Assembly (NCBI RefSeq): GCF_035084215.1
Contig: NC_090357.1
Coordinates: 7,440,001 to 7,504,000, forward strand
DNA length: 64,000 nt
Source: Heptranchias perlo
Taxonomy: Eukaryota
Reading direction: 5' to 3'
Shown here: positions 24,401 through 36,400 of the stretch, in pieces
Layout of the letters: the number at the start of each line of letters is the position of its first letter
How positions within the stretch are numbered: position 1 is the stretch's first letter
The notes under the pieces: model-generated
The model's database searches: none
What the model saw: the letters and a program-made list of their open reading frames with translations, nothing else
What the model was told of the DNA's origin: nothing
Position numbers and translations under genes: made by a program

Positions 24401-27400
24401 CTGTCCTGTATATGCCTATGTTCCTACAGATATTTCACAACCTGTCACACAGATAAGTGGATTTTCCACTGGGCGGTGTTCACCTTGGCCTCCTGCGCGC
24501 ACAGCTCTGCCAGATCTCGGAGATGTTCCAGCTTGACGTAGACCATGTCGAGGCCAGTCCATCTCATTGTGTTTTTCTGAAACTCTTGAGTCAGAAGGGT
24601 TTTCACCTGTGAGAAAAAGAGAGTGGCCAATCAGCAGCGTATTCAGGATAAGGCTTTCTTGGGAGGAACGATTGTATGGGTGAGAATCAAATGATAACTT
24701 AAATTCAGACTCGGGTGTAAGACTAACATTGCAAAATTGCACCCAAGATGTACACGCTGTGATTGGAGGTGCCCACCTGTTGGTACCTCAATCTTGAAAC
24801 TTCTTCTGCCTGTCGGTCGATACCCTCCTGTAGTTCCTGCAGTTGACCCCTCTGTCGAGCCTCATCCTGACGTATCTTTTGAATAAACTGTGTCACCTTT
24901 TCAAGGAATGTCTGAGCCATGGCTAAATACAGCAGCTGCTGCTCTGTTTCCTCCTTGTCCACTATATATTGAAAAACACAGGATAACGTGCTTCAGATTA
25001 ACAACAAAATAAGGTAGATGCACAAAAGAGCGATGAGTCAAAAGATACACAAGAATATTGCAGCTGTCCTGTGCTATGCCTTGTTACCCTGAAAGAATGA
25101 GATCAAATGGGCCAAATGACCCTCATCATTCCAAGCTACCTTGTGATCTCATATCAAAACAGGCCTCAATAAGGTCTGAAGGATTCACAATTGTCCCATG
25201 TTTTTAAGTGAAAGATCTGATGGGGTTTCAGCCTTCTTTTTTAGAATTACATTAACGCAAGGGGAGTGCTGTGGAATAGAATCATCCCATAGTCAAAATA
25301 CCACAATAGGCAAAAATAGAAGAATATGTTTAGTTTTAACTTTGGCTTTTTTAAATTAGTGTGTCATAATAATAAAAAAAACGTCCAAAAGCTTTGTTGG
25401 AGTTAAAAAAAATCAGTGGCAAGACGGCAGGACTGTCGTAGATACAGTCTTATGCTGCAATTACAAAATTGCAAGGTAAATATGGATAAGGAAGGCCAGT
25501 CAGCCAATCTTAGCTCATCTGTGTAGAGAAATGTATGGCTCCCCTTTTTATTGAGATATATGAAATATTAAGTGGTATAGAAAAGGAAAATCCAGAGTCT
25601 TCTTTGAAGCTATGCCATCAAAGTAGGTGGGCCGGGGTGGGGGGCACAGGTTCCAACTGGTGAGAGGCAAATCTAGGTCCACTGTCAGGAAGTTGCTTCA
25701 TACAAAGAGTGACCACAATGTTCAACCACCTCTCAGATCATTGTCTCTACTGCCTTTCCATCCATTCATCACTCATTGTCTCTACTGCCTTTCCATCCTC
25801 TCATCACTCATTGTCTCTACTGCCTTTCCATCCATTCATCACTCATTGCCTCTACTGCCTTTCCATCCATTCATCACTCATTGCCTCTACTGCCTTTCCA
25901 TCCATTCATCACTCATTGTCTCTACTGCCTTTCCATCCTCTCATCACTCATTGTCTCTACTGCCTTTTCATCCATTCATCACTCATTGTCTCTACTGCCT
26001 TTCCATCCATTCATCACTCATTGTCTCTACTGCCTTTCCATTCTCTCATCACTCATTGCCTCCACTGCCTTTCCATCCTCTCATCACTCATTGTCTCCAC
26101 TGCCTTTCCATTCTCTCATCACTCATTGCCTCTACTGCCTTTCCATCCTCTCATCACTCATTGTCTCCACTGCCTTTCCATCCTCTCATCACTCATTGCC
26201 TCTACTGCCTTTCCATCCTCTCATCACTCATTGCCTCTACTGCCTTTCCATCCTCTCATCACTCATTGCCTCTACTGCCTTTCCATCCTCTCATCACTCA
26301 TTGTCTCCACTGCCTTTCCATCCTCTCATCACTCATTGTCTCCACTGCCTTTCCATCCTCTCATCACTCATTGTCTCTACTGCCTTTCCATCCTCTCATC
26401 ACTCATTGCCTCTATTGCCTTTCCATCCTCTCATCACTCATTGGCTCTACTGCCTTTCCATCCTCTCATCACTCATTGTCTCCACTGCCTTTCCATCCTC
26501 TCATCACTCATTGTCTCCACTGCCTTTCCATCCTCTCATCACTCATTGTCTCTACTGCCTTTCCATCCTCTCATCACTCATTGCCTCTATTGCCTTTCCA
26601 TCCTCTCATCACTCATTGTATCTACTGCCTTTCCATCCTCTCATCACTCATTGTCTCCACTGCCTTTCCATTTTCTCATCACTCATTGCCTCTACTGCCT
26701 TTCCATCTTCTCATCACTCATTGTCTCCACTGCCTTTCCATTCTCTCATCACTCATTGTCTCTACTGCCTTTCCATCTTCTCATCACTCATTGTCTCCAC
26801 TGCCTTTCCATCCTCTCATCACTCATTGCCTCTACTGCATTTTCATCCTCTCATCATTCATTGCATGAAAAACTTTCTGACATTGCTTTTCACTGGTTTG
26901 AATCTGTGTCCCTTAGTCTGCTGGTGTACCTTGAAGGAATGCTCTGGATTTACTTTTTCTGAATTGTTCGATATCTGATGCCTCTATAATATCCCTTCTC
27001 TATCGCTTCCTTTCAGGCTGGAAAAAGTCCAAGCTTCTTCAGTTTTTCCTCATAATTCATTCCTTTACACTCAGGGTCAGCCTTGTTAATTTGCTCTGTA
27101 CCAGCTCAAGGATTTGAGTCTTCTCCTTGCGTCTCAGTGACTGAAACTGGACAGAATCTCAAGTCTCAGCAGCATTCTAAGGTGAATGAGGTGACATTGC
27201 TGCCTCTGGAAGCACTGAGATCCATCTAAAGAATTTGTTTTCTTCTCACACCTCTTCGGGGGGAAATCAACCCCAAGGCAGTATTGTAAATGTTGCCTCT
27301 GGAGATGCAGGTCATTCTCTTGCCTTGGCTGAGAGGCCATGCAGACTTTGGACTGCTGCATACCTCCCCCAGCCGTCTGCCTGCATGCAGCCACTTGTCC

Positions 27401-30400
27401 GTTGGCCCAGTGTGGAATCTATCCCATGATATAAACAGGGGAGGTCAGAGGGTAAACACAGCATCAGAGAACTACTAATATTGCTGTAAGGGGTAGAAGT
27501 GGGAACAGAAACAAAAGAGTGTAGTCGGTAACTCTTTGGTTTGGAAGCACTTGCGTTTGGGAAATGGAGTGAATGTTATGTGAGAATGGATTGGTTGAAG
27601 GCTGCATTTAGATTGCTGTTGACTGTTGATATAGGATTACCTCGAGAAACCAAAAGCACCACATCAGTTGGCATCAAGGATGCAAAGTGTGACTCCTCTG
27701 TGTGCCTGCGCTGTGCTTCACTCTGTGCATTGTCTTGCAACAAGTCAATGGTATCTTCAAGGGCCGCCACCTTCTCCTCAACCTAAAGGAGAATCAAGTA
27801 AAAAGATTCAGACCTGCTACACAATCCACAGAGGAGCATAATTACTGAAACAGTAAATGGAAGCAATAGATCCACTTAACTCTTCTCCAGGTTTGAGCTT
27901 GTGGTCTGAAGAGGCAAAGGCCTACGTCTTACTTATGTCGTCCAAAAAAAGACTTGCAGATGCATAACAGAAGTGCAATTGTATGTAACAAGAGTGAAAC
28001 TATTGATAAGTAAGGGAATTATACAAAATCTTGTTAGCCCAACAGAAAAAAAACCTCATTAAGTAAGGAAAACTAAAGCTATTGATGAGAGAAGTCAATT
28101 AAATTCTCCTTATATGGAGTTGTATTTTTACTTTAGTATAATCACGCAATGCAGAAATGTGTGGATTGTCATGTAGGGGGAGTGAGAGAAATGTATAAAA
28201 ACTGGCTGTTTGTAATGAGTAATTGGATTCGTAAATGCCTAAGACACTGAGCTCAAAAATGTAACATGCTTGAATCCCCAACCAACCATCATCAGATGTG
28301 GTAGTAAGTACAACCCTTTAATTGTATGTTTAAGTACTATTGCATGGACTGTACACTTAATAAACCTACGACACCTGACTTCAATGTTCAAAAGCCTTAT
28401 TGAAGACCATACGCTAACAATACCGTACCTTCTCGAATTTGCAATCGGCTTCGGTGTCAGATACCTCCTGCAGCAAACCCTTCAAAGCAATGAAGAGAGC
28501 TTCTTCCTTCTGTCGCTGATGGTGCCAGTATGCACGTCTACAACTGAGTTCCTCTTCAAGGGCATCGAGCTGAACAGAAACACGAATACAGTCATCAACT
28601 TGGAGCACTGAATGTTTTTGTAGCATTTTCACTGTGAATATTTTCGGGAGCGAGTGGGATACAGCCTGTGCTTTCACCTTTGCGACCTGGTTCTGAATCC
28701 AGCAAGAGTGATTGAAAGAAGTTCTTCTCTGTACTTTGGCTGTTAAGGTCTTTTGTGAAATGAGCTTGGGAAATCCCAATCCAGTTGCCCTTAATATGGC
28801 ACTAATTGACGATCTCACTCAGAGATGCTGCAGAATGACGGGTATGGGAAATGGAAAAATATTACACTGGCCGCAGTAGGGGACATTCTTTTGAGGTGAG
28901 ATTGAGGCACACTATTGGTGCAGATTACATAGGAACATAGGAATGGGAGTAGGCCATTCAGCCCCTCGAGCCTTTGCTCCATAATCCTTGATACCTTTAT
29001 GTAACAAAAATCTACCGATCTCAGTCTTGAAAATTTCAATTATCCCAGCATCCACAGCCTTTTGGGGCAGAGAGTTCCAGATTTCTACGACCCATTGTGT
29101 GAAAAAGTGCTTCCTGATTTCACTCCTAAATGGCCTAGCTCTAATTTTAAGATTATGTCCCCTAATTCTGGATTCCCTCACCAGAGGAAATAGTTTCTCT
29201 GTATCTACCCTATGGAATCCCTTTACCATTTTAAATACCTCGATTAGATCATCCCTCAACCTAGAGGTTTTGGCAACATCTAACCTGAGAACGTTTGTTA
29301 CTGATAAAGGGGAGTCCAAATGGAAAGGCTCCATTCACGAGCATGAAATTCATAAAAAGTACATTAGAACCATTTCTGTTCATATAACAAAGGTAACTTT
29401 AGTCACTTTGTCTTCCTCACAGCAATAACACACTAGTGCATGCCTTTCTTGGTAGTGAGTAATGGCATGAACCTGCACTCTCAGTGGGGAGACCTAGTCA
29501 CAGGGAGCATGGGTTGGAGATAAGGCTACAACACCACAGCCCTGATTCTCCAACCTGTGTTCCTTGTCAACATGGCACCTCCCTGGGAGCACGGGATCAC
29601 CCCTGGATAACGATGCTTTTGTAAGAACTGTTTTGTCTAACCATAGATGGGGAAGTTAGTAAGAAATCATATTGGAATTTCAATAAAGTCCCATTTCCCC
29701 AGTGTATTGTAAGCTTACCATTTCCACAGATGGTTTTCTTTTTGTGGAACCTCCTGGTGACTGTGTGACAGGCACCACAATCCCTGTTTGTGGCTCTATA
29801 CGAGCACCTACAACCGGACCAATTTCACCAGTGATGGGGTCTATACTTCTGGCACCAAGAGTGATCGGTATCAGCCCTAGAAAGCAAGAAAAGCACGAGC
29901 AGCACAAAAATTAGGAAACATATGAAACACATTCTGTATTTTGTTCTAATTTAAAAATCCCAAAGCCACATTGTAGAAGAACACCACCAAGGTTGAAAAG
30001 AGTTAGTAGGAAACATGAGATACATCAAGAACTGGTGACTACTGGGCATCAAGCAACAGTGTTAAAACGCTATAGGCTGTAGGAGGAAAGGAAGATTGAA
30101 GGAGATGAGGAGCTCTATGATTTGGAGGTATTGGGAAAGAAAGCATAACAATTGGAGATGGTGACGTGTCTCGATTTCAATTACAGCATGAAGGAAGAAT
30201 ATGTAGGATGGTAGATTTGAAGTTTAAGAAGAAGACGAGAGGAGAGTTCGAAGGAGGAATGACTTTAGTAGCCTTGATAAAATAGAAAAAGACAAGATTG
30301 ATGGATTGGAAGCGAGAGGTGAGAGTGGGATGGCCTATCAGATAACATGCTTTATTCTTCTGCAAGAGTGTAAGAGGGATGCCTGATGAGCTTCTCCAGC

Positions 30401-33400
30401 CATAGGAGCAGCAGTCAGGTCAAGACAAACGCAAATCTTGGACCACAGGTTTCAATTCGAACAGCCAATCTGATGAAAAGGGATAAAATGAGAGAATGCT
30501 GGAGATACAAAGTACGTTTGCCATTATCTGAAAGGAGAGAAGATGGGACACAAGTCAGATGTGGCCCCTTTATCCAGTTTCTACTTGAAACATTAACCTG
30601 TCTTTTTTTTCTTTTCAGATGCTGTTGGAATGTGTGCATTTCCTGAATTTTGCATTTCTATTTCAGATTTACAGCATTCATAGTTTGTTTTAATACTGTT
30701 ATCGCTCGAATGAAAAGGGACGAAGGTTTTCAATGATTGGATTCGAGTCAATATGATATGAGCTTATATAAAAAGTACCTTTGCCATCTGGGTCCTCCAT
30801 GGTCCCGGTGAGAGGGATAAGCTGGCCAGTGGCATGATTGTATTCGACCCCTAAAATAGGCACTTCCAGATCAGAACCTCCAGGATCAGGTATCTGGATC
30901 CCAATGACAGCCGGTACCAGCAGACCTGTGCTGGCAAATGGTATCATCCCTGTGGGAGAAGCAAAATCATCTTTACAATGAACTTACAATCCCGCATAGC
31001 TTCCCTGTGTTTTATCTCCTGCGTAAGTATGAAAACACAGGAATAAAAGTAACAGAAATGGCGACATGAGGAAACATTGTTTTAAGCAGCGAGTTGGAAT
31101 GCGCTGCCTGAAAGGGTGGTGGGAGCAGATCAAATAATAACTTTCAAAAGGAAATTGGATAAATACTTGAAGAGAAACAATTTACACGGCTACGAGGAAA
31201 GAGCAGGGGAGCGGGACTAATTGGATAGCTCTTTCAAAGAGCTGGCACAGGCACGATGGGCCGAATGGCCTCCTTCTGTATTGTAACATACTATGATACC
31301 AAACAATGAAACAATGTGCCACCATGATTGTGATCTTCAATTCCAACTCCTGCTGCCAACTGAAGATGCCGCCCGTTTTAGCAGCTGAAGGAACTTTGGA
31401 TTTATTTTATTTTAAATGGAAGAACTAAGTACTTAAATGAGGAATCCAACTCTGCCTCAAGGACTGGAGGCAATTATCAACCACCTGCCGTCTGTTTCTT
31501 GCTTAAAAAACGGGCAGCGGGCAACTTGGCCGACCCATTGATGCCCAAGGGCAACCTGATGCAATTGTCAGCACACCTGACCGCTTAAATGGGCAAATCG
31601 GGATCCTACATCAGTTGTAGGACTCCAAATGCAATTTTCAAGTGCAAATGGGCAGAGCCTGCGCTGTGCAAGGAGTGGCCTTAAAGGGATGGTTGGAGGC
31701 CACTCTGGCCCTCTCCCCTCCCTGCCCCCCCCACCCCTCTCTCCCCGGCCTCGGCACCCCCCCAGGCCCAACCTGCCGTCCAGCTCAGCGTGGGATCCCG
31801 GCTGATTTCCCACCCTCCCACAACCGGAGAGCTGCGACGGGACGCCTCTTTGGCTCTAGTAACTAGCCGGCAGCACTCAAATGAGGTCTGACCCTGAAAA
31901 TGGTTCGGGGCTTCCTGATGCTGGCTTTGGGCCTGTTTCGGGCCGAAGTTGAATTCCCCACCCCCTCCCCCATTTGTCTCAGCAGATAATCTGTTAATTA
32001 CGGCCATGTGTTTGAAGTAGGAGATCCTTGGGTAGCTGTCAAAAAAAATTCTACAAACTTGCTTTCTAAAAGCTTACCAACACTTCCACCATTGTTTGCA
32101 AGATCTTTGGTTTCCTTCCTCTGTCTCTCCAGGTTGTGTGCGGTGTGAACGATATGCGCCCAGTTTCTTGTCCGCGCCCACGCTAAGCCATCCAGTGCAT
32201 CCCTCAGCAAGCTTCGCTGCTTCTGGGGATGAGAAGCTTTCTCCGATTTCTGCACTGTCACACGGCCTCTGTAGTCCTTCAGTACTTCCAGCACCTGGAG
32301 CTCACAGGCCAGCATGGCAGCGTCTAGCAGTGCCTGGTAGCCACCCGCATGCGGCACCACCTGTGCGTCTTGAACGTAAGCGCCCGAAATCCGAGCCGAC
32401 TTTCCACTGAGGGGCTCCGAGAAGCTGTCCCCAATGATCAGGGGGGTGTTTGAAGACTTCAGCACATCTCCAAGAGGCACCACCACACCTGAACGAAAAT
32501 GACACAATTAAAGAGACACCATTTTTCTTTTCACAATTAGAAAGTGAAACTGTCAGTGTTCCATTAATCCTCGAGAAGTAAAATGTTTCTGACACTATAC
32601 ACACCGGGATTATTTACCTACAAGAAAGTTGGATGATAAGTCCCAACATTGAATATTAAAAAAAGTATGGTGACATGAATAGAGAATGTCTCTTGAATAT
32701 ATTGAAAACTTTAAGCCTTGTGGTGTATATTCCCCATCCCCAATTTTTTACCTCTTTTCCTGGGGGTGGTGGGTTCAAATCTGGGAGCTGGTCGGCACTT
32801 TGATTCCTTGCTCAACTACCCATTCTTCATGAGTGAGCCTATTTGACGATGGAGGGCGGCACACTTGGCTTAATGTCTGCATATCTGCACAAGTGTCAGC
32901 TTGGCTAAGTGGTAGCACTCTCACCTTTGAGCCAGAAGGTCATAGGTTTGAGCCCCATTGCAGGACTTGAGCACATAATCCAGGCAGATAACTCTAGCAC
33001 TGAGGGAGTGCAGCACTGTCTTGGGTATCGTCTTTTGGATGAGACGTTAAACCGAGGCCTCGTCCGCCTGTTCAGAATCCCATGAGGAAGGTCACGGAAT
33101 TTTGTTGATGGCCTTGCCAATCTTTATCTGTCAGTCAATGCTACTAAAAACAGATTAACTGCTTGCTTATCACATTGCTGTTTGTGGGATCTTCTTGTGT
33201 ATAAATCAGCTGCCCCATTTCCCGACATAACAACAGTGACTGCACTTTCAAAGTAAATCATTGACTATTTGGGACATCCGCAGGACATGAAAGGTGCTAT
33301 ATAAATGCAGGTTTTTTTTCTTCTTCTGTCACATGCAAGTAAATAAAAAAAAAATCACGTGGGATTTGTTTTGCAAACATGGCAGAAAAAGTCACGACAT

Positions 33401-36400
33401 GCTGCTTCATTTTTAAAATGACAAGGAGTCCGACAGCACAGCACAGAGGCAGTGGAGGGGTCGAAAGAGTTGGTGGTGAGGCAGAGCTGGGTGTCGTCAG
33501 CGTACATGCAAAAGCTGATCCCATATCTGTGGAAGGTGTTGCCAAGCAGCAGCATGAAGGTGAGGAAGAGGAGGGGGCCAAAAATAGATCCTTAGGGGTC
33601 TCCAGAGGTAATGGTGCAAGGTGGGAATGCTGGAAATGCTATGGCTCTGTTTGGATAGGTGAGAGCGGAACCAAATGAGAGCAGTTCCACTGAGCTGGAC
33701 AATGGAAGACAGGCATTGGTGGAGGATGGTGTAGACAACGTATCAAAAGCTGCAGAGGTGTTACGGAAGACAAGGAGGGATAATGCCACCGAGGATGTCA
33801 CTTGTGACCTTGAGTAGAGCCTTTCTGTACTTCTAATATCTTCTGGCCACCATCATGTTTAGAAATTCCTGGTTAATGAATTAATCTCTCCAGCATATCC
33901 TCAATCCCATTCAACGAGCATCTTCTTGCTCATCCAAACTCCACGTCAACTCTCCTGCCGTGAGCCCTATGAAGGTTTATAATACCCTATATCTCCGATT
34001 AAGGTTGCAGTACCTTATTTATTTCCATTACTATCCACATCTCATTGAACCATCACTGTTACCTGTATTGGGGTCCAATCCAAGCCCTATGATGGGCACC
34101 ATCTGACCAGTCTTCTCGTAGATCATAGGAGCTCCAATTTCAATCGGGGCCAACATCTTAGTGGCTGGGCTAATGTACGTTCCTCCCAGCGGATAGACCA
34201 GTCCTGTCTGTGGGTGAATAGTCACAGCCAAGATGGGCACTTCAATGCCCGTCTCTGGATCTGGCATTGGTCCTCCCACTTTCAACTCACTCTGATGATG
34301 CAGGCTGCTCAGCTGCAGCTTTGTTGGGAGCCCAGTGCCTGGACACAGTGGGTATGGTACGTATGGAATCAAATACTCCTCACTTTGACAGACTGCTTCT
34401 AGGATTTGAAAGTAAGAAGTAAAACGAGACGTACTTTGTGTGCATTGTTCTAAAATTCATAATTATACGAATAATACTTTAGCACCAATTATTCAGACAG
34501 CAGTAACAACAGTAACATTAGTATTTTTAGTTTTCTGCCCTCAAACAGAATGAGGTGCTCAAAACAACACAGGAAATTTCTTGTCGTTTATTGGCTTTGG
34601 GTGCCCAGATGTGCACAGTATCAGGACCAGAGAGGTAAGGAGGTTACTGTGTCACCAATTGTTCCCACTTCAACATGTTGCATAGCACTGACTATAAAAT
34701 GTTTAAAGATAGAACACAAACGTGTCACAAAAACCTGCTCGCCAGTGAACCCAGACAGAGGTGAAACTGCTGGAATGCAGAGACAGAGAGAGATTTGCAC
34801 ACTAGGGATACTTTCCAGTTTAAAAGGCACCATATAATTGAAACAAAAATGGAAAATGTGAAACACGCAGCAGGCCAGTCAGCATCTGCAGAGAGAACAG
34901 ACAAGTTTATGTTTTTGGATGCAGACCCTTCTTCAGAAGCACAGATGATTGAGTTATTGTTGTGCAGCGTTTAGTGGAGTAGAGAGAGAGCGAGAGCAAG
35001 AGTGCGAGAGAGCGAGAGTGCGAGAGAGAGAGTGCGAGAGAGAGAGTGCGAGAGAGAGAGTGCGAGAGAGCGCGAGCGAGATACTAGCTCAATTGCTAAA
35101 TTTAAATCTGAGATAGATAGCTTTTTGGCAACCAAAGGTATCAAGGGATATGGGCCAAAGGCAGGCATATGGAGTTAGATCATAGATCAGCCATGATCTT
35201 ATCAAATGGCGGAGCAGACACGAGGGGCTGAATGGCCTACTCCTGTTCCTATGTTCCTATGAGAGAGAGAGAGCGAGAGCGAGAGAGCGAGGGAGTGAGA
35301 GAAAGCTAGAGTTGGTGGATGGAGGGAGGGAGGGGTGAGTGAGAAGAATCACACCCGAGTGTAGAAAAGGGTTACGTAAAATCCGAGCCAGTCCTTATAT
35401 CCTACCATTAGATGCCCTTTTACGAGATATCTAGGTTGAAGAGTTAACTAACTGAGATATAAAAATTAACTTCTGGCCACACAGTCCACTCACCTTCGTG
35501 CCCAGTAGGGCTGGCAATGAAAATCCATGCCCACAAATTGCCAATTCCACCTCTTGTCAGTCATTAACAAAAGTTAACAGGTAAATATTTCATGAAGCAA
35601 TGCAGAATTAAATGTGATCCCATCTAGTTAGTATACAGGATGACTTACTGTGCTGTTTCTCTCATGATTTTTAAGATGCACTTAGTTCTGGTATTTAACA
35701 GTTGTTTTCTGCTTCGGGGAACTGACCTGTTGCTGAGTCTGTTACTGGGAGAAGTCTGGACCTGACGGAGTCGTAACACAGGTTACCAGCCACGGGGAGG
35801 ACCCGTCCAGTCTGAGGGTGAAGAAAGAAGCCTCTGGGCACAGACATGGTGTATTTATTGGCTAAAAGCATAACAGTGTCAGGACTCGGAGTAACCAGCC
35901 CCGTCAGCCGATCCACCTGCAGGAGATCGCAGGCAATGATGGTTCCATCAGCTCCTGTCACATGAAGGTAAAATTAGTTTTAAAAATGCAATATTCTGAC
36001 ATTTCAGAAGAAGGGCTGCCTGGGGCGGGGGAGTTGGGGGTTGGGGGTTGGGAGGGGGCGCTGTGTTCCAGGAATTATAAGTGTGATAGACTCACATTAT
36101 CTTCGACAAAAGTGAACGGATCTCTTTAATTCTCTTTCGCTGGTGCAATGATCTACTTTTCCCATGAGGCAATTTTTGTCTTTTATATTAACTCACCTTT
36201 TTGGAAAGTCATTTCATCCCGTTCTTAAACTTCCCTTTGTGCCATGAACCATCCTTCACCAAGAGGATGGCAGACAGGAGCCAGGAGTGTGATGGAATAC
36301 TCTCCACTTGCCTGGATGGGGGCAGCTGCAACAACACTCAAGCAGCTCGACACCATCCAGGACAAAGCGGCCCGCTTGATTGGCAGCCCATCCACTCCCT

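Noticed and set aside
25627-26978. Three overlapping 400-417 aa plus-strand ORFs
   Set aside because: Artefact of a stop-free 35-bp tandem unit; all three frames give the same permuted peptide and lie antisense in an intron.
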